Below the pieces are notes generated by a model. It did not search any database. It was given only the letters and a program-made list of their open reading frames with translations, and had not been told where the DNA came from. 24,259 nt of DNA from a virus (Duplodnaviria; Caudoviricetes). The stretch covers positions 1 to 24,259 of IMG/VR virus record IMGVR_UViG_3300049595_001276; one strand, 5' to 3'. Made by a program: the position numbers and the translations under genes. Position 1 is the first letter of the stretch; the number at the start of each line of letters is the position of its first letter. Positions 1 through 8,647 of the stretch are shown piece after piece.

Positions 1-351
1 GTTCATAAGGACGATATCGTTTATTTTCTTGGAGACTTCTGTTTCGGAAGACCTGGAAATGAAGTATCAAGATCTTATCGTTCTATGTTGAATGGAACGA
101 TCCATTTAATTCGTGGTAATCATGATAAGTTCATCGATGAATCGATCTTCGAATCAGTTCAAGATGAATTGTATTTAGACATAGATGGAAAGAAGATCTA
201 TCTATGTCATTATCCAGATCGAACGCCAGATCATTTCGATCTCTATCTATATGGTCATGTTCATGATAAGTGGACTCCGAAGCCGAAGTATCATTGTGTT
301 TGTGTAGAGAACACAAACTATTTTCCAGTTAACATTTACAATTTAATTTGA
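1..351 (+). CDS. Calcineurin-like metallophosphoesterase, 5'-truncated by window edge
   Basis: Frame is open from base 1 (VHKDDIVYFLGDFCFG...) into the 85..351 ORF; motifs LGD, GNHD, CHYP, YGHVH. Confidence 0.85.
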   Translation, partial: VHKDDIVYFLGDFCFGRPGNEVSRSYRSMLNGTIHLIRGNHDKFIDESIFESVQDELYLDIDGKKIYLCHYPDRTPDHFDLYLYGHVHDKWTPKPKYHCVCVENTNYFPVNIYNLI

Positions 352-358
352 GTATAAT

Positions 359-550
359 ATGCCAAAAATGAATATTGATAGATTTCAAGTTTACGGTACA
401 GACATTGTGAACAGGATGACAGGCGAGATTATCTATTCGTCTAATGAATCGAATTTGGAGATTCAGAATCACTGCGATGTTCTGAATGGTCGAGTCCAAG
501 CAGTTTGGGCCAGCGAAGAGCATCTGATGTGGGTTCCAGTCAAAAACTAA
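359..550 (+). CDS. Hypothetical protein (true start possibly ATG 368)
   Basis: 63-aa ORF filling the gap between genes; TATAAT at 353-358 lies too close to ATG 359. Confidence 0.6.
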   Translation: MPKMNIDRFQVYGTDIVNRMTGEIIYSSNESNLEIQNHCDVLNGRVQAVWASEEHLMWVPVKN

Positions 551-575
551 TTTTGAAAATAATTTTTGAAATCGC

Positions 576-604
576 TTGACACAAAAGATTGAACGAGGTA
601 TAAT
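576..604 (+). promoter_or_regulatory. Consensus sigma70-type promoter
   Basis: TTGACA 576-581, 17-bp spacer, TATAAT 599-604. Confidence 0.85.
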
Positions 605-610
605 ATGAAT

Positions 611-685
611 ATGGATGATTTTAAAGATTTTCTTTCTCTAGCTGGTGTGATGGTCGTTATCTATATTTCGGTGGTCATTCTATAA
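611..685 (+). CDS. 24-aa hydrophobic membrane peptide (MDDFKDFLSLAGVMVVIYISVVIL), probably leaderless
   Basis: ATG 6 nt after the -10 box; stop overlaps the pseT start (TAATG); absent from the ORF track. Confidence 0.55.
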   Translation: MDDFKDFLSLAGVMVVIYISVVIL

Positions 686-1641
686 TGAAGGCTTATATCA
701 CAATCGGTCTTCCGGCTTCCGGAAAGACGACTTGGGCGAAGGAATTTGTAGAAAAGAATTCTACCGATTCTAATAACATCGTGCGAGTTAACAACGATGA
801 TATCCGTGCGGCGATTTATGCTGACTCTGGTAATTACGATTGGTCTCCTAAGGTTGAGAGAGAAGTTCGTGTGATTCGTGAAGATCTGATTAAAGAGAGA
901 GCGAGTGTTCGTGCTGATATTGTGATCGACAATACTCATCTGAATCCGAAAACTCTAGAACAGATTAAATCGTTTTGTAAGTCTGAAGGATATGTTATTG
1001 AAATTGTAGACTTCAGACACGTTTCTCTCGAAGAATGCATTCGACGTGATTCCTTGCGTGAAGGTCCTTCGAAGGTTGGTGAGAAAGTGATTCGTGATAT
1101 GTATACTAAATTCATGAGTGATTCATTAGATCGAAATGTTCCTGAGTGGAATCCAAATTCTCTGCCAGATTGCATTATCGTAGATATCGACGGGACTCTT
1201 GCTAAGATGAAGGATCGTGGTCCTTATGAAGAGCATAAAGTCTACCAAGACGATGTTCGCAAGCATGTTCTATTCACCATCGCATCGATGATGACTGCGA
1301 ATCCAGAACTAAAGGTTTTCGTATTCTCGGGAAGATCAGAGGCTTGTTTAGGCGAAACAATTATATGGATTAACGAAAAGTGTGATCTTGTAGTAGATAA
1401 TTATCTGAATTGGAATTTTAAAAATGATTGTGTTCCAGATTATTCTGTAGAATTGCATATGCGTAAAGTCGGAGATAAGCGTCGTGATTCCCTGGTTAAG
1501 ATGGATTTGTATAATGAGTATGTGAAAGACAAGTACAATACAATTGTTGTATTTGATGATCGTCCGCAGGTGATTCGTGAATGTTGGAAGGCTCTGAATC
1601 TTCCAGTTTTTCAGTGTGGTTTGATTGATGTTGAATTTTAA
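685..1641 (+). CDS. pseT: Polynucleotide 5'-kinase / 3'-phosphatase (T4 PseT/Pnkp-like)
   Basis: N-terminal P-loop GLPASGKTT and DNTHL; C-terminal HAD motifs DIDGT, SGR, FDDR. Confidence 0.93.
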   Translation: MKAYITIGLPASGKTTWAKEFVEKNSTDSNNIVRVNNDDIRAAIYADSGNYDWSPKVEREVRVIREDLIKERASVRADIVIDNTHLNPKTLEQIKSFCKSEGYVIEIVDFRHVSLEECIRRDSLREGPSKVGEKVIRDMYTKFMSDSLDRNVPEWNPNSLPDCIIVDIDGTLAKMKDRGPYEEHKVYQDDVRKHVLFTIASMMTANPELKVFVFSGRSEACLGETIIWINEKCDLVVDNYLNWNFKNDCVPDYSVELHMRKVGDKRRDSLVKMDLYNEYVKDKYNTIVVFDDRPQVIRECWKALNLPVFQCGLIDVEF

Positions 1642-1657
1642 ATAATAGGAGAAATGG

Positions 1658-1879
1658 ATGACAAAGCAAAAGCAGAGTGATATGACACAGAAGGAACAAG
1701 TATTGCGGATTCTTTCACGAAAGAATCGAAATACCTTGACCGTTCGTCAGGCAAAGACTGAAATGGGTATTGCTAATGTTCGAGCAGTTGTTTCGGAACT
1801 TCGAAAGGAAGGTCATGATATCCAAACCGAAGCAAAGACTAATCGAGACGGTAGCGTAGAACTGTATTACGCACTATAA
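1658..1879 (+). CDS. Small winged helix-turn-helix DNA-binding protein
   Basis: Basic 73-aa protein, LTVRQA...ANVRAVVSELRKEGHDI pattern; AGGAG upstream. Confidence 0.7.
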   Translation: MTKQKQSDMTQKEQVLRILSRKNRNTLTVRQAKTEMGIANVRAVVSELRKEGHDIQTEAKTNRDGSVELYYAL

Positions 1880-1884
1880 ATATT

Positions 1885-1904
1885 TGGGGCGAAAGCCCCA
1901 TTTT
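1885..1904 (+). terminator. Rho-independent terminator
   Basis: TGGGGC-GAAA-GCCCCA followed by TTTT. Confidence 0.8.
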
Positions 1905-1909
1905 CATAT

Positions 1910-2302
1910 ATGTTACTTAAAACAATAACTCATTCGAAGATCTCTGATACTCTAATCGAACACATTATAGAAGACCCTAAGGGATTTAAGATGTTGATGG
2001 ATGTCACTTTCTTCATCAACATTTTCATGTTTATCATTTCCATTTTATGGATAGCTTATCTATTTGTTACCACACCAGAAAATATTTTGTACTATTTTCC
2101 GCCATGTTTTCTATTTGTATTCTATTTTAAAACTTTGTTCTCTTACAGAGAATATTTCAGGATATTCATTGAAACCTTTATTCTACAATATGATATCTTG
2201 AAGAAGATTCAGAATATGTCTGATGATGAAGTAGAATACTTTTTCGCAGGGATCAACAAAGAATCTAAGAACAAGTTCTTATTGCAAAGAAAAATATTGT
2301 GA
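1910..2302 (+). CDS. Hypothetical membrane protein (about 2 TM helices)
   Basis: Hydrophobic stretches FFINIFMFIISILWIAYLFV and ILYYFPPCFLFVFYF. Confidence 0.65.
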   Translation: MLLKTITHSKISDTLIEHIIEDPKGFKMLMDVTFFINIFMFIISILWIAYLFVTTPENILYYFPPCFLFVFYFKTLFSYREYFRIFIETFILQYDILKKIQNMSDDEVEYFFAGINKESKNKFLLQRKIL

Positions 2303-2312
2303 GGTGGGAAAA

Positions 2313-2585
2313 ATGACGAAATCTGAATTGAAAGAGGCTATTGATAACCAGAGAAAGATTCTAACATCATTAGAGTTGTATTTTCTGAGTTCTGGAATGC
2401 TTCCAACTACAGACGAAACTATGAAATATCACTTAGAAAATCTGTGGGCTATAACAGAGTTTATCGGAGAATCGTTTAATCTGGAGTTGCTGAGTTTACA
2501 AGAAATTGTCAAAGAGGGACAGACTGCTATCGGACTAAATAACTTCTATCGGATGAACGTAAATGACAAAAATTCAATTAACTGA
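2313..2585 (+). CDS. Hypothetical protein
   Basis: ORF in packed operon; GAGGTG SD precedes ATG 2313 (track start GTG 2304). Confidence 0.6.
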   Translation: MTKSELKEAIDNQRKILTSLELYFLSSGMLPTTDETMKYHLENLWAITEFIGESFNLELLSLQEIVKEGQTAIGLNNFYRMNVNDKNSIN

Positions 2586-2847
2586 TGTAGAAAAATTCAA
2601 AGAAGATAATTCATTGTGTATTCTGGTTTTCGGAGACACAACTTCTATCTTAACCAAGAGTCTATTCAACCTTATGTCTGGATTAGGGTGTGAAGTTCGT
2701 CTTCTTGATACAGAAGAAGATCTTCTTTCATATTCTACATTCAGAATCAGAACAACACCGATGGTCCATGTCTATAAAGATTCTGAGATTCTTGGGGTAT
2801 TTACTCTCCCTATAGATATAGAAGGAGTAAAGAGATGTTTGATGTAA
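2563..2847 (+). CDS. Thioredoxin-fold protein lacking CxxC
   Basis: Trx-like spacing: ILVFG strand, then FRIRTTPMVHVYKD cis-Pro motif; no redox cysteine pair. Confidence 0.5.
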   Translation: MTKIQLTDVEKFKEDNSLCILVFGDTTSILTKSLFNLMSGLGCEVRLLDTEEDLLSYSTFRIRTTPMVHVYKDSEILGVFTLPIDIEGVKRCLM

Positions 2848-3545
2848 TAGAAAAGATTTTGAACATTATCAAAAATCTGAGTATTATCGCATTTTTTTGT
2901 GTATCAATATTCTTTCTATTCAAAATTTCCAATACAATTGACGCTCTAGAAAGAGAAGTTAAACAGACTAATTCTATCATTCGATCTGAGATTCCTCTTA
3001 TTCGTGGAGAAGTATTCAAGACTACAAATACTGCTCTACTCAAAATAGATAATCGTTTAATCTCAATCGAGAAGAATTTATTCTCTAGAATCGATGTTAT
3101 AGAATCTAAAACATTTAACTCTATCGATAAACTACATGCGAATCTAGATAAGATCACAGAAGAATCTATCCTGTTATCCAAGGATTATAGAACTATTCCT
3201 GTTAATATTAGTGGGATAATGACACCATTGAATGCTAGATTAGATTGCAAATATAATGATTCTTGTTGGCCGAATCTATTCACTGATGTTCTGATAGATA
3301 CAAGAAACACAGCAAGAACAGCTTCAAGTTCTTTTATTCTATTCAACAGAGAAGTCCCTAAAATTACTTCTGATGTCAATAAAGTATCAACATCTTTTGC
3401 TGTTGGATTACCTGTGGTTATTGACAACACTAGTAAAATCACAAATAATATTAATAGAATCACTAAGCCACGCTGGTACGACCGCCTCATCGGCGCAGGA
3501 GTTAACGGGTCTATGATATGGTTTAATATTAATAGTTCAAGATAA
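2835..3545 (+). CDS. Single-pass membrane protein with helical/coiled-coil body
   Basis: N-terminal TM (LSIIAFFCVSIFFLF), heptad-like body; AAGGAG SD upstream. Confidence 0.65.
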   Translation: MFDVIEKILNIIKNLSIIAFFCVSIFFLFKISNTIDALEREVKQTNSIIRSEIPLIRGEVFKTTNTALLKIDNRLISIEKNLFSRIDVIESKTFNSIDKLHANLDKITEESILLSKDYRTIPVNISGIMTPLNARLDCKYNDSCWPNLFTDVLIDTRNTARTASSSFILFNREVPKITSDVNKVSTSFAVGLPVVIDNTSKITNNINRITKPRWYDRLIGAGVNGSMIWFNINSSR

Positions 3546-3571
3546 ATATATAAAAAGGAGGTAATAACAAA

Positions 3572-3937
3572 ATGAAATGGTTGAAGAATCTATTTGGATC
3601 AGTGAAATCTTTCTTCGTTAAGTTATTCGGAGTTGACGCCGAAGATTTTATGGATCTAATCGAAAAGCTATCGCCGCTAGTCAATAAAGCATATCCTATT
3701 GTAAAGAAGATTGCTGATTTGACACCAAACAAAACAGACGATGCTATTCTAGCAGCATACGAATCTCTCGGTTTCACTGGAGTGTTCAAACCAGGAACCG
3801 ATAAAGGTTTAGCTCTTAGAGATCTAGCAAAGAAAGTTTTGAATGCTACAACTGCAAATCCAGTTTCCGATTATTTGGCAAACACTGCTATTGAATTAGC
3901 ATATGCTAAATTCAAAGAATCTAAGAAAGATGAATAA
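3572..3937 (+). CDS. Hypothetical protein with amphipathic N-terminal helix
   Basis: Strong SD AAGGAGGT; GATAAATA late-promoter-like box at 3541; N-terminus MKWLKNLFGSVKSFFVKLF. Confidence 0.7.
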   Translation: MKWLKNLFGSVKSFFVKLFGVDAEDFMDLIEKLSPLVNKAYPIVKKIADLTPNKTDDAILAAYESLGFTGVFKPGTDKGLALRDLAKKVLNATTANPVSDYLANTAIELAYAKFKESKKDE

Positions 3938-4151
3938 TTGGTTTAAATTTCTACGTTCTATAGAAAGTGAAGGAGGATCTGTTCTAATACTGATCCTCCT
4001 CATAATTATGTTCGCTACATTCGTTAAGTTAGGATTTAAAGATGCTGAATCACAATTGTACTTTATTTTAGGTGCTCTAGTGGGACTATTAAAAGGAAAA
4101 GGTGGAAATTCAGAATCTGATGAGACAGATTTGACTGTAAAGAAAAAGTAA
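3930..4151 (+). CDS. Small 2-TM protein, holin-like
   Basis: 73 aa from ATG 3930; two TM segments and a charged C-terminal tail ending KKK. Confidence 0.5.
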   Translation: MNNWFKFLRSIESEGGSVLILILLIIMFATFVKLGFKDAESQLYFILGALVGLLKGKGGNSESDETDLTVKKK

Positions 4152-4159
4152 GGTATAAT
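4131..4159 (+). promoter_or_regulatory. sigma70-type promoter (leaderless dut mRNA)
   Basis: TTGACT-17 bp-TATAAT; ATG 7 nt downstream. Confidence 0.75.
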
Positions 4160-4166
4160 TAACTAT

Positions 4167-4673
4167 ATGACTGAATTGAAATATTACAAAATTTATGATG
4201 ATGTTATGGATCCGCATTATGCGACAGTAGATTCTGCTTGTTTTGATATCCACGCTTATCTGAAAGACGAAAAGATTCGTATTAAGTGTTATACACCATC
4301 AAACAGAGAAATTACTGTCGCAGTTTTTGAAGACGCAGTTTCAATTAAACCAGGCGACAGGATGTTGATTCCAACTGGTCTTATTTTTGATATTCCTAAG
4401 AATAATTCTGTCCGAATTCATGTTAGATCTTCTGTTGCATTTAAGCAAGGATTATTTCTAGCGAATGCTGAAGGAGTGATTGATTCAGATTATTTCCATG
4501 AAACATTTGTTATGTTAGTCAATACCAGTATGCATACAGTTGTAATCAGAAATGGTGATAGGATTGCACAAGGCGAACTGGTCAAGATCGAATCGAATGT
4601 TCTCGCAAGAACTTTAGATAAACCAGAACAATCTACAGATCGTGTCGGGGGAATTGGTTCTACTGGGAGATAA
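4167..4673 (+). CDS. dut: Trimeric dUTPase
   Basis: Motifs SACFDI, RSS, GVIDSDY, GDRIAQ, RVGGIGSTG. Confidence 0.95.
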   Translation: MTELKYYKIYDDVMDPHYATVDSACFDIHAYLKDEKIRIKCYTPSNREITVAVFEDAVSIKPGDRMLIPTGLIFDIPKNNSVRIHVRSSVAFKQGLFLANAEGVIDSDYFHETFVMLVNTSMHTVVIRNGDRIAQGELVKIESNVLARTLDKPEQSTDRVGGIGSTGR

Positions 4674-4675
4674 TT

Positions 4676-5662
4676 ATGATTGTTAATCGTGATGAATGTT
4701 TGGATTTTGATGATGTTATGATCGAACCTAGGATTACTGGGATCTCTTCAAGATCCCAAGTTAATCTAGAATATGAGTATATTAACGAATCAAAAGGAAT
4801 ATCTTGGAAAGGTGTACCTATTGTTGCATCTAATATGGATAAGATTGGTACAATCAAGGTTGCCAATGTATTATCTGGATACAAGATGTTGACATTTTTA
4901 CATAAATTCCACACTGTTAGAGAATTGAGAGGAAGAGATTATGATCCCGAATTTATTGGCATTTCTGCTGGGATTTCTGCTTTTGAATTTGAAAATGTTA
5001 AAGAAATATTAACCTATAATCCTAGAATCAAATTTATCTGTTTAGATGTTGCTAATGGATATATGTTATCTTTTCAGAAAGAAGTTCGTAGATATTCTAA
5101 AGAATTTCCAGATAAGTTTATTGTAGCTGGAAATGTTGTAGAAAATTCTGGGTCTAATGCACTATTCCATTCTGGCGCAGATCTTATTAAGTGTGGGATT
5201 GGTTCTGGGGCTGTTTGTACCACAAGAGCGAAAACTGGTGTTGGTTTACCTCAATTTTCTTGTATTGATAAATCTATTGGAGTTTGGCCGAATAACTTAG
5301 ATATTGTTTCTGATGGTGGATGTAAGACACCTGGAGATATTGCAAAAGCTTTCGGTGCTGGTGCTAAATTTGTTATGATCGGTGGAATGCTTGCTGGGCA
5401 TGATGAAACTGGTACAGAAATCTATGGAATGTCTTCCACAGAAGCGATGGACACATACTCTCTTGGATCTAAGGATTATAGAACTTCAGAAGGAAAGAGA
5501 GTCGTTCTCGAATCAAAGGGACCATTAGAAAACACAATTAAAGATATTCTTGGTGGCCTGAGATCTTCTCTTTCATATACAAATTCTGCATACATGACAG
5601 ATTTTATCGGAAAGCAGAAATTTAATATTGTTCGCAGACAGTTGAATAATTTATTCGAATAA
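4676..5662 (+). CDS. guaC: GMP reductase
   Basis: LDFDDV, NMD, CLDVANGY, GIGSGAVCTTR catalytic loop, SDGG, YGMSS, YRTSEG; no CBS domains. Confidence 0.9.
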   Translation: MIVNRDECLDFDDVMIEPRITGISSRSQVNLEYEYINESKGISWKGVPIVASNMDKIGTIKVANVLSGYKMLTFLHKFHTVRELRGRDYDPEFIGISAGISAFEFENVKEILTYNPRIKFICLDVANGYMLSFQKEVRRYSKEFPDKFIVAGNVVENSGSNALFHSGADLIKCGIGSGAVCTTRAKTGVGLPQFSCIDKSIGVWPNNLDIVSDGGCKTPGDIAKAFGAGAKFVMIGGMLAGHDETGTEIYGMSSTEAMDTYSLGSKDYRTSEGKRVVLESKGPLENTIKDILGGLRSSLSYTNSAYMTDFIGKQKFNIVRRQLNNLFE

Positions 5663-5663
5663 T

Positions 5664-6059
5664 ATGAAGAACGTTTTTCGTGAATTGAAATCTTGGGCAG
5701 AAGAACAAGATATAGAAGTTCAGATTGATTCTACATATTACGAATATGCTAAAACTAAACAAGAAGATAGAATCGTAAATGGATTAGCTGGTTCCGATGG
5801 GTATATTACTCTATATGTAGATGGAAATCGTATAGAAGAATCCTGGGATTATTTAACTTCTATGTTAATACACGAAATAGGTCATGTCCTCCTGTTTCAA
5901 GAAGGAAAGGGATGGCATACTGAAAAACAAGCCTGGATTTGTGGCATCCAGACAGTTCCGAAGAGGTTCCATCCAAAAACTCTAGAACAACATTGTATCG
6001 ATTGTCTTAAAACGTACAATTACAAGAGATTCGGATGGATTAAGAAACTCCTATCTTGA
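5664..6059 (+). CDS. Putative Zn-metallopeptidase (HExxH)
   Basis: LIHEIGH followed by EKQAW (third-ligand Glu), ImmA/IrrE-like arrangement. Confidence 0.6.
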   Translation: MKNVFRELKSWAEEQDIEVQIDSTYYEYAKTKQEDRIVNGLAGSDGYITLYVDGNRIEESWDYLTSMLIHEIGHVLLFQEGKGWHTEKQAWICGIQTVPKRFHPKTLEQHCIDCLKTYNYKRFGWIKKLLS

Positions 6060-6071
6060 ATAATAGATTTT

Positions 6072-6079
6072 TATAAATA
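6072..6079 (+). promoter_or_regulatory. T4-type late promoter
   Basis: Exact TATAAATA upstream of a structural-type gene with AAGGAG SD. Confidence 0.75.
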
Positions 6080-6125
6080 GTTATATATCCTAAAATTATA
6101 GCTATAAGGATTAAGGAGATTTTAA

Positions 6126-6860
6126 ATGCCTCTATGGGGAAATAAAGACAAAGTAACAGTTGATGGAAATTATACATTATCCGCCACTGGAGTCGTTGGA
6201 GTGACTGGTGCAACCGGGTTTCCAACAATTGTAAAATCTGGAGATTCTATCGTATTCGAGACTTCTCCAGTTTCAGAATATATTGTTAAGACTGTATCTG
6301 GTTCTACTGGTTTAACTGTTTTCGTTAATGAATATGGTGCTACTGGCGCAAAAGTAATTGGTGCAACTGGTATTTTCTTTCAAGAAAAACCAAAATATAT
6401 TTTAGATCCAGAAAGAGAACTAGTTTATGGTGTAGACACTAAAGAAATGGGTGCTACTGGACCAACTGATGCACTAATTAATCCAGGACCTGGCCACGCT
6501 GGATGGGTTAAAGTGACTCAAGGTGCTGGATATGTTAAAGAAGTTATCTTAAATACAACTGGTGCGACTGGATATAATCCTTCTGTTCCTCCTCCAGTTA
6601 CATTCTCTGCTGGTGGTGCGTCAGGTGTAGCAGTAGTTTCGCCTGCTGGTGCGGTCACTGGTGTCACCGTTACTGTTGGTGGTGTTTATACAACATCTGC
6701 GCCAACTGTTACAATCGGTTCTACTGGTGCGACTGGTGTTGTTGGAACTGTAGTTATGGGTGGAAGATTCAATCGTAAGACTTTCGAAACTCTAGTTGCT
6801 ATGGGTGTTCCTGCTGCAACAATGGGTGATGCTGAAGATACAATCTTCCCAGACGCTTAA
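6126..6860 (+). CDS. Putative virion structural (fibre/decoration) protein
   Basis: MPLWG start, GHAGWV and ETLVAM motifs as in T4-like fibre proteins; G/T/V-rich; late promoter and own terminator. Confidence 0.65.
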   Translation: MPLWGNKDKVTVDGNYTLSATGVVGVTGATGFPTIVKSGDSIVFETSPVSEYIVKTVSGSTGLTVFVNEYGATGAKVIGATGIFFQEKPKYILDPERELVYGVDTKEMGATGPTDALINPGPGHAGWVKVTQGAGYVKEVILNTTGATGYNPSVPPPVTFSAGGASGVAVVSPAGAVTGVTVTVGGVYTTSAPTVTIGSTGATGVVGTVVMGGRFNRKTFETLVAMGVPAATMGDAEDTIFPDA

Positions 6861-6867
6861 AACAAAC

Positions 6868-6890
6868 AGGGGAACTTCGGTTCCCCTTTC
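6868..6890 (+). terminator. Rho-independent terminator (UUCG loop)
   Basis: AGGGGAAC-TTCG-GTTCCCCT then T-rich tail. Confidence 0.85.
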
Positions 6891-6907
6891 ATTTAAAATA
6901 AAATAAT

Positions 6908-7003
6908 ATGCATGAACTTTTGAATATATTGATCTTGTTGTCTATTGTTTGGGTTTTCGTTTGTCTCTTCGAACATTTCGGTAGAAAAACGAATTTGTTT
7001 TAG
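6908..7003 (+). CDS. 31-aa membrane peptide (MHELLNILILLSIVWVFVCLFEHFGRKTNLF)
   Basis: Fills the intergenic gap; single TM with basic tail; absent from the ORF track. Confidence 0.4.
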   Translation: MHELLNILILLSIVWVFVCLFEHFGRKTNLF

Positions 7004-7034
7004 AATACAAAATATAGTATAATAAATAGTATAC

Positions 7035-7079
7035 GGAACGCCTAATGGGTTCCATAAAATTAAACTCGCTTAATAGGAG
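7035..7079 (+). promoter_or_regulatory. Structured hsp20 5' leader, ROSE-like RNA thermometer candidate
   Basis: Hairpins GGAAC-G-CC-TAAT-GG-GTTCC and CTC-G-CT-TAAT-AG-GAG; the second pairs the SD AGGAG. Confidence 0.6.
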
Positions 7080-7086
7080 AACAAAC

Positions 7087-7521
7087 ATGACTCTGAGAAG
7101 AATCAATTTAGACACACCCACATTTCCTTCCCTCTATTTTAATAATGATGTAACTTCCTTCTGGACACAAGAAGCTAAGTTAGCTGGATCTTTTCCTCCA
7201 TATAATCTAACAAAGAATTCAGATTCAACACAATTTAATCTGAAATTAGCTCTTGCTGGATTCGGTCCAGAAGATGTTGATGTCACTGTTGAAGATAATC
7301 AATTGATTATCAAAGGGAAGGCAGTATCACAACCTCTTGATGATGGTAGTGTATATGTTCATAAGGGAATTGCCGAGAGATCGTTCACCAGAACATTCAC
7401 TTTGGGTGATTATGTCGAAATTAAAGAAGTGACTTATAAGAATGGTATTCTAGATGTCTATATGGAACTAGTCTTACCGGAACATAAGAAACCAAAGAAG
7501 TTCGACATCGTGACTAAGTAA
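7087..7521 (+). CDS. hsp20: Small heat-shock protein Hsp20 (IbpA-like)
   Basis: FPPYN, ALAGF, YVHKGIAERSFTRTF, NGIL, PEHKKPK; SD AGGAG favours ATG 7087 over 7045. Confidence 0.93.
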   Translation: MTLRRINLDTPTFPSLYFNNDVTSFWTQEAKLAGSFPPYNLTKNSDSTQFNLKLALAGFGPEDVDVTVEDNQLIIKGKAVSQPLDDGSVYVHKGIAERSFTRTFTLGDYVEIKEVTYKNGILDVYMELVLPEHKKPKKFDIVTK

Positions 7522-7527
7522 AACTGA

Positions 7528-7551
7528 TGGGGAACTTCGGTTCCCCAATTT
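7528..7551 (+). terminator. Rho-independent terminator (UUCG loop)
   Basis: TGGGGAAC-TTCG-GTTCCCCA; core identical to 6869-6886. Confidence 0.75.
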
Positions 7552-7569
7552 ATTGTAAAGGATCTATAA

Positions 7570-7836
7570 ATGAAGATTATTAAATTTGGTGCTGAATGGT
7601 GCCCTGCTTGTAAAGCACTAGAACCTATTATCCAAGAATTAATTCCTGCTAATCCGAATCATGAATTTGTCAGTTTAGATGTTGATGATGAGTCGACAAC
7701 AGAATTAACACAACAATACAAAATTAAATCGCTACCGACAACTGTTATTTTAAATCATCGTGATGAGGAACTCTTTCGATTTGTCGGGATGAAGAAGAAG
7801 TCAGTTATCCAAGAGTATATTGATGATCTATCATGA
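7570..7836 (+). CDS. Thioredoxin
   Basis: FGAEWCPACK active site; IKSLPT cis-Pro. Confidence 0.92.
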   Translation: MKIIKFGAEWCPACKALEPIIQELIPANPNHEFVSLDVDDESTTELTQQYKIKSLPTTVILNHRDEELFRFVGMKKKSVIQEYIDDLS

Positions 7837-8060
7837 GACAGATCATAGATAAAGAGAAGATAGAAAAATACGAAGAAGTTCTGCACAGAATTCAAATTTA
7901 TGCAGAAGTTGTTATGGATAACGATAAGTTATCTAAAATCATAAGTAATATTTGTAGATGGTCTTATGCCCATCGAACAGGAAATGGGACATTGAGTGAG
8001 GAACAACAAAATGGAATTATCAGAAAAGCTTTCGATGGATTACTTGAAAGAAAAGATTGA
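7833..8060 (+). CDS. Hypothetical protein
   Basis: ATGA overlap with the thioredoxin stop; 75 aa. Confidence 0.6.
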   Translation: MRQIIDKEKIEKYEEVLHRIQIYAEVVMDNDKLSKIISNICRWSYAHRTGNGTLSEEQQNGIIRKAFDGLLERKD

Positions 8061-8646
8061 AGATTTGTTCTACGATGTAGAGAGTAATTATCTTTATGTA
8101 TTAAATTGGTTGAGATACAGAACAACAAGGAGATATCACATTGTTGACACTTATCTACAACCAGGTTATTATGATGCAGATGAAAGGATTTTGAACTCTA
8201 ATTTTTCCATTCTAGTAGATTTCATCGAGATCGAAAAGGCATGGATGAATACTTGGTCAGATCGCAGTAAGTATTCTAAATTATCATGGTTTGATAAGAA
8301 GTTTCGTAGATTCCGATCACCAGAAGATGGTATCTCTTATCTGAATTGGGAAATTGAACATACAGAAGCTAACCAAGCGAAAGCAGCAAAAGAGATGATG
8401 GATCTATATACATGGTGGAAAGTAACACGACCAAACAGAGAAGATCCATTCGTGGTTTCTGGATATTACGATCTATTTCCTGATAATTCTGAATCTGACA
8501 ATTTTTTCGATAGATCTAAGATTCTATCTTCTAAAAAAGCCGGAGCTGTATTCAAGAAGATTCGTAAGATCGAAGATGGATACGATAAAGAAGACGAGAA
8601 CATGTTAATTCGTCTTATGAAAGTAAGAAAATCGATGTGGACCTAA
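8035..8646 (+). CDS. Hypothetical phage protein (start uncertain, 7996-8035)
   Basis: Long ORF, Trp-rich (LYTWWK, RKSMWT). Confidence 0.7.
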   Translation: MDYLKEKIEDLFYDVESNYLYVLNWLRYRTTRRYHIVDTYLQPGYYDADERILNSNFSILVDFIEIEKAWMNTWSDRSKYSKLSWFDKKFRRFRSPEDGISYLNWEIEHTEANQAKAAKEMMDLYTWWKVTRPNREDPFVVSGYYDLFPDNSESDNFFDRSKILSSKKAGAVFKKIRKIEDGYDKEDENMLIRLMKVRKSMWT

Positions 8647-8647
8647 T

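Noticed and set aside
1875-1882. TATAAATA as a functional late promoter
   Set aside because: Overlaps a stop codon and is immediately followed by a terminator hairpin; ambiguous
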